A stretch of DNA of 64,000 nt from Pirellulales bacterium. Its GTDB lineage: Bacteria; Planctomycetota; Planctomycetia; Pirellulales; JACPPG01. This document shows positions 24,948 through 35,048 of the stretch, in pieces. A program made the translations under genes and the position numbers. Position 1 is the stretch's first letter, and every line of letters starts with the position of its first letter. The DNA lies in NCBI GenBank assembly GCA_036499395.1, contig DASYDW010000020.1, positions 8,610 through 72,609 on the forward strand, in the 5' to 3' direction. The notes under the pieces are model-generated. The model made no database searches. It saw only the letters and a program-made list of their open reading frames with translations, and was not told the DNA's origin.

Positions 24948-26108
24948 TTGTACGCAACCATGAATAGCGCAAATCAACTCACGCGGCGCGAGTTCGTCGC
25001 GGCCGCCGGCTGTGCATCTCTGTGGGCGAGCGAGGCCATCGCGACTGGCAGCGATCGACCAGCCGTGGCCTTACCGTTGCGTTTGTGTGGCGGTGTTTCG
25101 CTGGCCGGCGCCGAGTTTGCCGCCGAAGGGGCCGGCTTTTCCAATCAGAATCCCGGCATTTATGGGCGCGATTATCAATATCCTCAACGGTCGACAATTG
25201 AGTATTTTGCCGCCCGCGGGCTGGGATTACTGCGCATTCCGTTTCGTTGGGAGCGACTACAACCACGGCTCTTTGCACCGCTTGCCTCCCCAGAGTTGGC
25301 GCGGATGCGCGAGGTCATCGATCGGGCTCGCGCATCCGACGCCGCCGTTGTGCTCGACTTGCACAACTACGGCCGCTATCGCTTGAAACAGGGGAATCAA
25401 GCGCGCACGGTGATCATCGACGAGCAAATCGACGGTACCGTGCCGGTACCGCGCGCCGCGTTTGCCGACGTCTGGCGGCGCCTGGCCGCTGAATTCGCTA
25501 GCGATGCTACGGTCATGGGACTCGGCTTGATGAACGAGCCGCACGACATGAAATCTTCGGATTGGAAGGCTATTTCGCAGGCCGGCGTGGACGCCGTGCG
25601 TGAAGTGAATCGCACGGCCTGGGTCGTTGTCGCTGGCGATGGCTGGTCCAACGCCCATCGCTTCGAGGAAGTCAATGGTCCGCGTGCTTGGATCCGCGAT
25701 GCGGCGAACCGCGTGGTCTACGAAGCACACTGCTATTTCGATGCCGACGCCAGCGGCAAGTATCGCCACAGCTTCGTGGCCGAATTGCGCGACGATCCGC
25801 GACTTGCCGAGCGCGGCGTCGCGCGACTACGCGTCTTCCTCGATTGGTGCCGGCGGAATCAGGTCGCTGGTTTCCTTGGTGAGTTTGGCATACCGGGCGA
25901 TGACGCAGGCTGGCAAGAGGTACTGAGCCGCGCCCTCGCTTCGATCGAACACACGAAGGTTTCCGCATGTTACTGGGCCGCCGGCGAATGGTGGCACGAT
26001 TATCCCCTCTCGATTCAGCCGCGCAATGACATGCGCGATCCGGCTCCGCAGCAGCAAGTAGTGGCCCGGTTTCTAGCCAATCGCACAACTACGCCACGGC
26101 CGTTCTGA
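24948..26108 (+). CDS. Glycoside hydrolase family 5 endo-beta-1,4-glucanase-like, Tat/Sec exported
   Basis: 386 aa. TRREFVAAAGCASLWA signal. RIPFRWERLQP; LMNEPH (acid/base Glu); FLGEFG (nucleophile Glu). ATG 24960 is an alternative start. Confidence 0.8.
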   Translation: MYATMNSANQLTRREFVAAAGCASLWASEAIATGSDRPAVALPLRLCGGVSLAGAEFAAEGAGFSNQNPGIYGRDYQYPQRSTIEYFAARGLGLLRIPFRWERLQPRLFAPLASPELARMREVIDRARASDAAVVLDLHNYGRYRLKQGNQARTVIIDEQIDGTVPVPRAAFADVWRRLAAEFASDATVMGLGLMNEPHDMKSSDWKAISQAGVDAVREVNRTAWVVVAGDGWSNAHRFEEVNGPRAWIRDAANRVVYEAHCYFDADASGKYRHSFVAELRDDPRLAERGVARLRVFLDWCRRNQVAGFLGEFGIPGDDAGWQEVLSRALASIEHTKVSACYWAAGEWWHDYPLSIQPRNDMRDPAPQQQVVARFLANRTTTPRPF

Positions 26109-26112
26109 CGCC

Positions 26113-29100
26113 GTGCGCCACACTTCAACTTGGCGAATCATCATGGGCGAAGTATTTAACAAGCCGCTTGTGCGACGATCGGCAATGATCACCGCCACGG
26201 TGATGACCGTCGTGTATTTGACCTATCGCGGTCTGTACACGATGAACTTCTCGGGTCCTTACGCTACCGTCGCGTCGGTGGTGCTTTACGGCGCCGAGGC
26301 GTACGGCGGACTCTTGATGTTCCTGTTCTTCTTTCAGATTTGGGACATTTCGAATCCTGAACCGGCGCCGCCGCTGCCCGGCCGTACGGTCGATGTGATG
26401 ATTCCCACATACAACGAAGATCCCAGCCTGCTGCGCGGCACGATCGCGGCGTCGCTGCGCATCGCGTACCCGCATCGCACGCTGGTGCTGGACGACGGCA
26501 AGCGTCCGGAAGTGGCAGCGCTGTGCGAGGAACTCGGCGCCGAATATGTCACGCGCCCGTCGAATCTGCACGCCAAGGCCGGCAATCTTAATCACGCACT
26601 GGAAAAGACCGAGGGCGAATTCGTCGTCATCTTCGATGCCGATCACGTTGCCGAAACGCATTTTATCGACCGACTCATCGGTTACTTTGCCGACGACCGG
26701 TTAGGCTTCGTCCAAACTCCACACGCCTTCTACAACTTCGATGCCTACCAGGGAGTGCTCGACTACAAGCGCAAGGTGTACTGGGAAGAGGGGATGCTGT
26801 TCTACAACGTGACGCAGCCCGGCAAAAATCGCTGGAACGGCGTTACTTTTTGCGGTAGCGCCGCGATGTTCCGCCGCAAGTCGCTTGAAGAAGTCGGCCT
26901 GATCGCCACACAATCGATCACCGAGGACATGCATACCGGATTGCGGATGCATGCCAAGGGTTGGAAGAGCCTATTCGTCAACGAGCGGCTGATCGCCGCG
27001 ATTGCGGCCGATGACGTCACCAGCTTCAACACGCAGCGATTACGTTGGGGCGAAGGAAATCTCGGCATTTTTGCCTTCGACAATCCGATCACCATCCGTG
27101 GACTAACAATCCCCCAGCGGTTGTGCTATCTCGGCTCGATGCTCTCGTGGACCACCGGTGTACAGAAGTTGCTGATTTATGCAACACCGATCGCGATGTT
27201 GCTGACCGGCATCTCGCCGGTCCAACGCATGACGTGGCAATTGCTGGCCATCACAGTGCTTTATCTGATCGCGATCTGGTCAGCGGTAAAGGTCGCCTGC
27301 AACGGGTACGGCCGGTTGCTGGCCATCGAACTGACGCAAATGGCCTGCTATTGGACGCAGGTCCGTTCAACGTGGAGGGCGTTGTTCAAGCGCAAGCGGG
27401 CCACGTTCGTCGTGACGGCCAAACGCGGTCGTCAATCGAATGGCATTTTGAAGCACCTGGCGCCGCAAATCTATTTGATCGCGATTAGTGCATTCGCCGT
27501 TGCCTGGGCCGTGACAAAATATTGCCTGTCGATTTCGAACGATCCGGTGCAATTGGTTGTCGGTGGTGCGCTCGTGGGCGTGAACTGCTATATGGCCTGG
27601 CTGGTAGTTCAACGCGCCCTACGTTCGAAAGATCGCCGCACAGCCTGGCGACATCCGATTGCTCTGCACGTCGAGTATCGCGGCACCGATGAATTGGGCG
27701 TGGACTTCTCGGGACAATGCGTGACGCGCGACATTAACGAAGGGGGCGTGGGCCTGGTGGCTTACGAGCCGTTTCCGCCGTGTGGCGAAGTGGAAATGAC
27801 GATCCTTGCCGCGGGACGAGGCGTGACCTGCCGCGGCGCGATCCGGCATCGTCGCGAAGAGGTCAAGTTGCGCGCGGCACGCGGCGGCACGACGCAGGCA
27901 TACGCGTACGGCATCGAATTCATCGAGCCGACAAAGGAGCAGTTGGAAGTCCTGTGGTGGCTGGGAGCGCAATTCGCCGTCAGCTTTCATTACGAGCGGT
28001 TTCAGGGAGGGCAGTTTGGTCTCGGGTCTGCCGCGCCGCGACGATTGCCGACGCGCACGAATGAATTGCCCTTCGAGTTTCCCGTCCGCATTCATCATGG
28101 CGCCGAAGCGCCGGTTTACGGTGTCACGGAATGCTTGTCCACGGAATCGGTCGTCCTGCTGATGCCCGACGGTTTTCAGCCGACCGATCTGGTCCGCCTG
28201 GAATTTTCGACTCCGTTTGGCAATCTGGAAGCCTGGGCGGAAATCACCTGTGCCAAGTCGCGCACGATTGCTGGCGAACGCGTGCAGGAAACGCGTCTGG
28301 CGCTGCGCAAATTCTGTGGAGAGTCGCGTAGCCTGCTGCATTCCGTTCTAGGTCATCACGACTCGAAGGCTTTAGCCGGCGTGATCCGCTCGATACCGCG
28401 CCGCCGGGTGGTGAAAACAAAGCGGCCCATGGCCCTAGTCGTTGGCACAACCGGCGCCGCGGCAGCCGTGGCAGCCGGCTGCGTGCTCTATTTCCAGCAG
28501 GAGCAAGCGTTGCTTGCACGGGCTTACGCTGGCCGCAAGGTCTCGCCATTGCAGGTCGAGCAACTGTCACAGGCCGCGAATGCTCTGGAGTCTTTGGGCA
28601 CGACCGACGAAGAACGGCTGCTGCAGCTGCGAAAGGTAATGGTCGATCTCGACCGTGTCGAAGATGTCGCAAAGATCGACGACTACGTTTCAAGCATGAC
28701 TCCCAAGACACTTGAAGGCTTAGGCCTGAAGGCTGGCAGCTTGCAGCAGCTGCATCGCGAGGGCGAGGCCGAACTAGCGTTTGAAAAACTGCTGACGCAC
28801 CTCGACCAACTGCCTGACGAGGCGATGCAACGTGATGTGCTGCTGGCAGCGGCGCGGAACGCGGCTCAGCTCGAGAACTTTTCGGAATCGGTCGCGCGCT
28901 TCGAGCGATTGGAGAAATTAGCGCCGCTGGCGTGCGAGGCCAGGTTGGAGTTCGCCGGCGTGCTCTACCGTGACGGCCGCTTGGACGAAGCCGTCGCGAC
29001 ACTGCGCGGTGGGGATCAATCGACGAAGGAGCTGTTGTTCCTGGCGTCACTCTATTCGTCGGAAAAGCAGTTCGCACGGGCTGCGAACGTTTGCCGGGAA

Positions 29101-29733
29101 GCCCTTGATAAATCACCAGACGATTTGTCGGCCATGCGTGGCATAGCGGACAATTCATATTGGGGGCAGGATTGGCCCGCTGCCGCCGCAGCCTATCGAC
29201 AGGTGCTCAAGCACACGCCGCACGATGCCAAAGTGACAGAAACGCTTGCCGAGGTACTGCTCTCGGAACGAGAATTCGATGAAAGCCTCGCGCTGTATAG
29301 TCGTCTCATCACTCGCTTTCCTGAGCGTCGTGACTTGTGGAACGGATACTTGATCGCCGCGGCAAAATGCGAACGGCTCGATGGCCAGCAGCAAAAGCAG
29401 CTAATGGCGATCTACGATCAACGCTCCCAAAATGATGACAACAGGTTTCTTACAAACCTGCTGAATGCCGTCGCCAAACACGGTAGTCGGCAGGAAGCCA
29501 TACCGCTGATGCAATTCCTGGTGAACCGCGACCCACAAGATGCCGAGCTCCGTTTGCGGCTGGCCGACGGTCTGCACCAGGCCAAGCAATTCAAGGCCGC
29601 GGACATTCACTACCGATGGCTGTTGGCCCACGCTTCACCGCAGTCTTTGCCAAGCGAGCCAGCCTCACGCGTGGGGCGAGCGATGGGTAACCTCACGCGT
29701 TCGCCGATGTCGAAAACGGCGGCCAACCGCTAA
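26113..29733 (+). CDS. Cellulose-synthase-like processive GT2 glycosyltransferase fused to PilZ domain(s), an extra TM helix and a C-terminal TPR domain
   Basis: 1,206 aa. GT2 motifs: VMIPTYNEDP, LVLDDGKRPE, VIFDADHV, FVQTPHAF, TFCGSAAMFRR, ITEDMHTGLRMHAKGWKS, QRLRWGEGN (QxxRW). PilZ: RRTAWRH...DINEGGVGL, followed by a second PilZ-like segment. TM helix MALVVGTTGAAAAVAAGCVLYF, then about 400 aa of TPR-like repeats. ATG 26143 (MGEVFNK) is an alternative start. Confidence 0.85.
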   Translation: MRHTSTWRIIMGEVFNKPLVRRSAMITATVMTVVYLTYRGLYTMNFSGPYATVASVVLYGAEAYGGLLMFLFFFQIWDISNPEPAPPLPGRTVDVMIPTYNEDPSLLRGTIAASLRIAYPHRTLVLDDGKRPEVAALCEELGAEYVTRPSNLHAKAGNLNHALEKTEGEFVVIFDADHVAETHFIDRLIGYFADDRLGFVQTPHAFYNFDAYQGVLDYKRKVYWEEGMLFYNVTQPGKNRWNGVTFCGSAAMFRRKSLEEVGLIATQSITEDMHTGLRMHAKGWKSLFVNERLIAAIAADDVTSFNTQRLRWGEGNLGIFAFDNPITIRGLTIPQRLCYLGSMLSWTTGVQKLLIYATPIAMLLTGISPVQRMTWQLLAITVLYLIAIWSAVKVACNGYGRLLAIELTQMACYWTQVRSTWRALFKRKRATFVVTAKRGRQSNGILKHLAPQIYLIAISAFAVAWAVTKYCLSISNDPVQLVVGGALVGVNCYMAWLVVQRALRSKDRRTAWRHPIALHVEYRGTDELGVDFSGQCVTRDINEGGVGLVAYEPFPPCGEVEMTILAAGRGVTCRGAIRHRREEVKLRAARGGTTQAYAYGIEFIEPTKEQLEVLWWLGAQFAVSFHYERFQGGQFGLGSAAPRRLPTRTNELPFEFPVRIHHGAEAPVYGVTECLSTESVVLLMPDGFQPTDLVRLEFSTPFGNLEAWAEITCAKSRTIAGERVQETRLALRKFCGESRSLLHSVLGHHDSKALAGVIRSIPRRRVVKTKRPMALVVGTTGAAAAVAAGCVLYFQQEQALLARAYAGRKVSPLQVEQLSQAANALESLGTTDEERLLQLRKVMVDLDRVEDVAKIDDYVSSMTPKTLEGLGLKAGSLQQLHREGEAELAFEKLLTHLDQLPDEAMQRDVLLAAARNAAQLENFSESVARFERLEKLAPLACEARLEFAGVLYRDGRLDEAVATLRGGDQSTKELLFLASLYSSEKQFARAANVCREALDKSPDDLSAMRGIADNSYWGQDWPAAAAAYRQVLKHTPHDAKVTETLAEVLLSEREFDESLALYSRLITRFPERRDLWNGYLIAAAKCERLDGQQQKQLMAIYDQRSQNDDNRFLTNLLNAVAKHGSRQEAIPLMQFLVNRDPQDAELRLRLADGLHQAKQFKAADIHYRWLLAHASPQSLPSEPASRVGRAMGNLTRSPMSKTAANR

Positions 29734-29741
29734 CGGCGAAA

Positions 29742-32700
29742 CTACGGAATCCGAAAGACTGCGTAAGTTGCGACGCCGACGGCGTTATAGATCTCGTTCG
29801 CGGACCAGGTGAGGTTGCCGTCGGTCATCCAACTGACCCAGGGGGAGAAGTCATGCTGCCAGCGCCATTTCGAAAGAAAAAACCCGTCGCCGTTCGAGTC
29901 GACCGCGCCGCCAACGAATAGCGTGTACGAACGCTCGTTGCCCCCTTTAAACGTGTCACAGCTTAGCCATTGCTTCCACTCTAGCCCCGACGTCACGAAC
30001 GAATAGCCCGACGGTGACCAATAAGGGAACTGCGCGCCTACCAAGGAGTTTGGGTTCGGGCCGAAGATCGTCTGGTGGGCAAAAGAATAGAACGTGTAGT
30101 CGATGATGCCGCGTAGCTGCTTGCGCCCCTGCATGATCGTATGGGCCGAGTTGACATTAAACCAGTTGACCGAGTTGTGGTCCGAAAACGCCGCGACACG
30201 ATAGAAACCGCTCAGCGTCCATAGTCGCAATGGACGAAAAAGCGCATCGAATTGCACGCCACCCCAGTAGATGTCTTGCCGTATCGCCTCGCCGTTGGCG
30301 TAATAGTTCTTCAGAAAACCTGAGGCTGTGATCGTGCCGGCGTCGTTGTTGATCAGGTCGATGCCGGTATTGAACGTGGGGCGCGTTTTGATGCCGTATT
30401 GGTACTGCTCGACGGCCAGGTCCAGATAGATCGTCGAGTCGAGGTTGTACTTTTCCTGCCAATGCATGAACGGCACCTCGCCGACGTCGGGGCGATCGTC
30501 GGTCGGCTCGAGCACTCGCTCGCGGTAGCCCCACTCGAAGTACTCGTTTTCGTCTCCGAGCGGCTGCCGCTCGGAAAGCGAGTAATTCTGCCAGGTGATA
30601 TTTGCTAGCCCTTGACGTCCATGCTGGTACTGAAAGTCGAAGGATGGAATCACTTTGGGACGCAATTCCATCTCGTTGCGCGTGAGCGCCGTCATCGCGT
30701 CTGTGTGGCAAGGATTGACGTCCAATAGTTGCTGATAGGTTTGAATCGCGCACTGCGTGCGGTTGATCGCCGAATAGCTTTGCGCCAGATCGAACAGAGC
30801 CGCCTCGTTCGTCGGCTCCATCTCGAGCAGGCCCTTATACAGGGGAATGGCCTGCCGAAACTTCCAGCCACGCAGATACTTGGCGTTTAGCTCAGTGCTT
30901 AACAGAGCTGCAGGGGGGGCGCCGGTTGGCGATTCTAGTGTATCGGACCCCACGAGTGCGCCGACGCCGAAACCACCGGCTGCGGGATCCGTTTCTGGGC
31001 CGGGTAAATCACCCTGTTGTTGCGTTTGCTGGGCCGCCAGGTAGAAATTGCCCGAACGCTCGATCCCCTTCCAGCCTTCAACCATGCGTGCCGTTTCGCG
31101 GACGAGGTTGACATCCTGCGGCATGAACTTCAGCAACGTCTTATACTCGGCCAGCGCATGTTCGTATTCCAAACGTTTCTTCAATGTGCGCGCCACGCCC
31201 AACCGGGCGCGAATGTTCGTAGGTGATATGGCCACGGCCGGCTGAAAGAATGTCATCGCCGAGACGCATGCCGCCTGACAGCGTTCGAATTTGTGGAAGA
31301 TCTTTGGGAAAGTGTGGCGACAGTTGGGCGTGCCGCAACTGCAGTCGCAGAGCAGCGCCGCTTCGCCGCGCCGATTGAGCAGGCTCAGGTTCGCCGGCGC
31401 GACTTTCAAGGCGTCGTCGAGCACGGCCGCCGCAGAGCGACAGTCGCAATACGACAGGGCCCGATCCGCGAATCCGGCGCCCCAGCTTGCCGGCGGCGCC
31501 AAGGGCGACGGGCCTAGCCCGAGCGCCTCGCGCGCCAATTGTGGCTGTTTGAGCGTCGTTGCCGAGCGGTACAGGCCGTAGGCAATTTCGGGAAGCGCCG
31601 CGTTATGGTCGGCAGCCAGTGCGCGGAACGTCTCGGCCGCTTCGCCATCGCGCCCCTGTTCGAGAAAGATGTAGCCGAGCTGGCTTAAGAGGGCCACGTG
31701 TTCGCGTGGCGTTGCGTCCTTCAGTCCCTCGGTCGCCACCTGCAAGGCCGTGGGGCAATCATCGGACTTGATGAGCGTTTCGATCAACAGGATTCGGGCC
31801 GCCACGTCGGTTGGTTGTTGCTCGAGCAGCTCCTCCAACTCCTGCCGCGCGGCGTCAAATAGGCGTCGCCGCAGATAATTGCCGGCCAGCAGGCAGCGAA
31901 TCTCGCGACGCATTTCTTCGTCCGTCGCTGAGCACTCTTGCAAAGCCGCTTGAAACAACTCCTCGGCAATTTGCACCTGGCTCGAGGCTTGATAGGCATT
32001 CCCCAGCAAAATCATCGCCTGCACGTCATGCGGGTCTTCGACGAGACGCCGCTTGCCGATGCCGATGGCCTCGGAGTAGTCTCCGACCACGGTATGATAA
32101 TCCGCGAGTACCCCGAGAAAATCCTTGGTATCACGATCGCCCGAGAACGATCCCAGTAGTTGATGCGCCACATCGACTTCGTAGAGACGTAAATGCGTGC
32201 GAATCAGCAGTTGGGTCGCAGTTGCATGCGTCGGGTCTTGACCATGGATTTGTTGGGCCACGGCGCGCGCCTCGGGAAAAGCCTGCTCGCGATACAATTG
32301 CTCTGCCAACTTGAGCCAGGCACCACGATCGCTCGATGGCCGCGCGGCCGCCCCGCCAATCAGTTCCAAAGCTTCCAACCGCCGATTCGCGCGGACGTAC
32401 GCTTGCACCAAAGCAATCGCCAGGCCTTCGTCGTCGCGATGAACCTCATAAAGAGGTTGCAGCAGCGAAATCGCTTCCGCGGCGTGGTTCATGTCCACGA
32501 GCAGCAGCGCCATCAAACGCCGCTCGTCGATCGTCATATCCGTGGCATGCCGCAAGTAATCCTCGTATACCTTTTGGGCATCGGACTGCCGATGCTCGAG
32601 CAGGTACGATCGGGCCAGCATGACCGCGGCTTGCACGTCATAACGCGGATCTACCAGCAATCGGCGGAATTGCTCGCGCGACACGTCGTAATGTTTCAGT

Positions 32701-33707
32701 TGCAGCAGCAGGTCCGCCAGCAGCATTCGATACGTGCCGACCGCCGGTTGCTCCGCGATCAAACGTTCGAGTTGAGTTTGCGCCGCAGCGAACTGCCGCT
32801 GCTGAAGCAGTAATCCTGCGTATTCGTAGCGGGCTGCGTGATCGTCGGGTTGCAAACGCAAGTATTCGACAAATCGCGTTAGCGCTTCGGGCAGATTGCC
32901 CAGCGCGACCGAGTTGCGCGCGGCCCGCAAATGAACCTCGGCGGCAGGCGAGGGCTGGAAATTCTTCTCCGGAGCGGGAAGCTCAAGCGGAGGATCGATA
33001 AGCTGCGGCCCTCCGCCGCGTTTGTCATCGAACGGCAATTCGTCATCGGCAGGATACGGAGGCACCAGGCTTTCGGCCGTCCCCTCCATGGCGGACGGCG
33101 CGGAAATGCTTGGACCCGCGGCCGGCATTTGCGCTGCTGTCAGGCGTGGCATGCCGGCGAATAGAAAATCGCCAGGCTTTCCGGCCGCGGCGGAGGGGGG
33201 CAAACGAATCTGCAACTGGTTCGGCGCGGCGCCCCGTACGACGAGCGATTTCTCTTGCGACGTTACATGATGGGCCATATCTCGAATCTCGACTCGGGCA
33301 ATCAATTTGGCGGCATCGTGCTGCGACCAGACTACGATTCCTTCGAGTCCGCCGTTGGTCAACGACGTGCGAGTTTCTTGCGGGGGACAAGGGGTGCGCG
33401 AGCCGTCAGCCGCTTCGAGCCAACCCCAGCACTTCAGGCTCGGTACGTCCAGGTCGGAATCAACCGCGCGAAAAGTGAGCACCACGCGCGCGTCGGCCTG
33501 TTCGCGCACCTCGAGGCTTAACTGCGGAGATGTGCCGTTGACGGATGTGTCACGGGGCGTCGGTCCGTCAGCGGCAGAGATTTGACACAAGCCGAAGACA
33601 ATACACAGCGGCCAGACGACGCGCACGGCACCGCTCGCAATCGCTCTCGCGGCGAAAGTGGCAGCCCTCCGATGGCTGGAACAATGCATATTGCGGCCCG
33701 GGCGCAA
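29742..33707 (-). CDS. BcsC/PgaA-like exopolysaccharide export protein: signal peptide, long TPR array, C-terminal beta-barrel-like domain
   Basis: 1,321 aa. Numerous TPR-like repeats (e.g. ALTRFVEYLRLQPDDHAARYEYAGLLLQQ). The last ~450 aa are rich in alternating aromatic/hydrophobic residues (FDFQYQHG...YWGGVQFDALFRP...VATYAVFRIP). Convergent with the synthase gene, with stops 8 nt apart. Confidence 0.7.
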   Translation of the reverse strand: MRPGRNMHCSSHRRAATFAARAIASGAVRVVWPLCIVFGLCQISAADGPTPRDTSVNGTSPQLSLEVREQADARVVLTFRAVDSDLDVPSLKCWGWLEAADGSRTPCPPQETRTSLTNGGLEGIVVWSQHDAAKLIARVEIRDMAHHVTSQEKSLVVRGAAPNQLQIRLPPSAAAGKPGDFLFAGMPRLTAAQMPAAGPSISAPSAMEGTAESLVPPYPADDELPFDDKRGGGPQLIDPPLELPAPEKNFQPSPAAEVHLRAARNSVALGNLPEALTRFVEYLRLQPDDHAARYEYAGLLLQQRQFAAAQTQLERLIAEQPAVGTYRMLLADLLLQLKHYDVSREQFRRLLVDPRYDVQAAVMLARSYLLEHRQSDAQKVYEDYLRHATDMTIDERRLMALLLVDMNHAAEAISLLQPLYEVHRDDEGLAIALVQAYVRANRRLEALELIGGAAARPSSDRGAWLKLAEQLYREQAFPEARAVAQQIHGQDPTHATATQLLIRTHLRLYEVDVAHQLLGSFSGDRDTKDFLGVLADYHTVVGDYSEAIGIGKRRLVEDPHDVQAMILLGNAYQASSQVQIAEELFQAALQECSATDEEMRREIRCLLAGNYLRRRLFDAARQELEELLEQQPTDVAARILLIETLIKSDDCPTALQVATEGLKDATPREHVALLSQLGYIFLEQGRDGEAAETFRALAADHNAALPEIAYGLYRSATTLKQPQLAREALGLGPSPLAPPASWGAGFADRALSYCDCRSAAAVLDDALKVAPANLSLLNRRGEAALLCDCSCGTPNCRHTFPKIFHKFERCQAACVSAMTFFQPAVAISPTNIRARLGVARTLKKRLEYEHALAEYKTLLKFMPQDVNLVRETARMVEGWKGIERSGNFYLAAQQTQQQGDLPGPETDPAAGGFGVGALVGSDTLESPTGAPPAALLSTELNAKYLRGWKFRQAIPLYKGLLEMEPTNEAALFDLAQSYSAINRTQCAIQTYQQLLDVNPCHTDAMTALTRNEMELRPKVIPSFDFQYQHGRQGLANITWQNYSLSERQPLGDENEYFEWGYRERVLEPTDDRPDVGEVPFMHWQEKYNLDSTIYLDLAVEQYQYGIKTRPTFNTGIDLINNDAGTITASGFLKNYYANGEAIRQDIYWGGVQFDALFRPLRLWTLSGFYRVAAFSDHNSVNWFNVNSAHTIMQGRKQLRGIIDYTFYSFAHQTIFGPNPNSLVGAQFPYWSPSGYSFVTSGLEWKQWLSCDTFKGGNERSYTLFVGGAVDSNGDGFFLSKWRWQHDFSPWVSWMTDGNLTWSANEIYNAVGVATYAVFRIP

Positions 33708-33959
33708 TAATTACCAGTCACGCCACGACGGACGCGCAGAGCGCGGCACTCGTGGCGAGAATGGCAGGGAAAAGTTAGATCAAGGTAGAGTCGGGGCGGA
33801 AGCTACAAGCGGCCGCGCGCGTGGTCAATATCACGTCACGTGTACGCTCACCCTCGTCGCGCAGCACGCTTCGTACATCGCATGCGACCGAAGTTGGCTG
33901 CGCATCGGACTCTGCGCGTTGCATCGCATCGCGATCAACGAGCTGCGCTGCGCGGGACG

Positions 33960-33974
33960 TGCGAATTATTCGCA
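33960..33974. promoter_or_regulatory. Palindrome site B: TGCGAA-TTA-TTCGCA (arms extend to CGTGCGAA/TTCGCACG)
   Basis: Read directly. About 250 nt upstream of the BcsC-like gene start, downstream of the PilZ gene stop. Confidence 0.5.
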
Positions 33975-34040
33975 CGACAAATATGCACGCGCGGCGTCCA
34001 CGCCGTGCGATGCATTACGCGGCAGCGTCGATCGCAAGGC

Positions 34041-34388
34041 TTACGCGTCCGCCAAGTCCACGAACGCGCCGCCGCTGATATACCACCCCTCGCCGAGAGG
34101 CTTGCACCACTGGATCTGCGCCCGCAGCAAGATGTCGGTGTCTTCGCTGCGGATACAAACCTCGACCTCTTCCAGCGGCAGTTTCTCGGGATGCAACAGT
34201 CCGATGCCGGACTGCGAGATCTCGCGGCTCATACCGGGATAGCGGGTATCGCCCACGCGAATGGATACCAGCCTGCAGAACGAGTAGCGCATCTCGATAC
34301 GTGTCTCGGTTTCGTAGCTGTCGCGTGCCTCACGCAGAAGGTCGTAAAGGACCGCGCCGGGCGTCAGGGGGCTGTCGATGACTGTCAT
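34041..34388 (-). CDS. Stand-alone PilZ-domain protein (candidate c-di-GMP receptor)
   Basis: MTVIDSPL...RIEMRYSF...SREISQSGIGLL...RAQIQWCKPLGEGWYISG fits the RxxxR...(D/N)xSxxG PilZ pattern. The track ORF extends to a TTG at 34490; ATG 34388 gives a typical ~115-aa PilZ protein. Confidence 0.7.
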   Translation of the reverse strand: MTVIDSPLTPGAVLYDLLREARDSYETETRIEMRYSFCRLVSIRVGDTRYPGMSREISQSGIGLLHPEKLPLEEVEVCIRSEDTDILLRAQIQWCKPLGEGWYISGGAFVDLADA

Positions 34389-34451
34389 TTTGTTCCCGAA
34401 CTCGAGTTGGTTTTGTGAAAACGCTTGCGCAAACCTAGGACATGGCTGCGA

Positions 34452-34466
34452 TGCGAATGTTTCGCA
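34452..34466. promoter_or_regulatory. Palindrome site C: TGCGAA-TGT-TTCGCA
   Basis: Read directly. 64 nt upstream of the PilZ ATG at 34388 (minus strand). Confidence 0.5.
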
Positions 34467-34933
34467 CTTTCGAGAACGACTGCCCCCCAATCAGACGCGG
34501 TGCCGGGGCAGGCGGGTAGCATACTCCGCTGGCTGTTGTATTTGCGGTCCGTCCGATTAGGCTGAGAAATAGCGAACAGTAAGGCCCACGGCATTTCCAG
34601 CTAAAAAGGCGGGCAACGTGTCAATGATTCGCCACAGCGCGCAGAGGCTACTCTCACAGGCGATCCGTGCCTGCGAGCAATGGATCCTGGGCAATTCGCA
34701 TCCGGCCCAGGCCGTCGAATCGCGGCCACCGGCCACGCTGGCTCGGGCGGTTCGTTCCCCGGGAGACGTTAGCCGAGAGTACGACGAGTACATTCGCGCC
34801 AATGTAGGCGCCACCAGGCGGTAGGCGCAAGTTTCTCGGTAACGCGGGGGCCTTTTCTGATTCGTCGGATTGGGCGGGAAATTGCCGGCCGCCGCGTTCG
34901 TCCTGGTGCCCATTTGCGGCACCGGCAATGATA

Positions 34934-34948
34934 TGCGAATATTTCGCA
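34934..34948. promoter_or_regulatory. Palindrome site D: TGCGAA-TAT-TTCGCA (arms extend to ATGCGAA/TTCGCAT)
   Basis: Read directly. About 300 nt upstream of the PAS kinase gene. Confidence 0.5.
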
Positions 34949-35048
34949 TCGCGAATCTCGATTGAGCCAAGGCGTAGCTTGTAGTAGTACTAGCGCCAGG
35001 GCGAAGAAGATTGTTCGCCCCCCAACGGCTCATCAGCGGGCCGGACGT

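Noticed and set aside
34560-34600. GCTGAGA string reminiscent of the THI-box of TPP riboswitches
   Set aside because: The other conserved THI-box elements (GGGGTGC stem, ACCC, CCTGATCTGGATAAT-like segment) are absent from the flanks.
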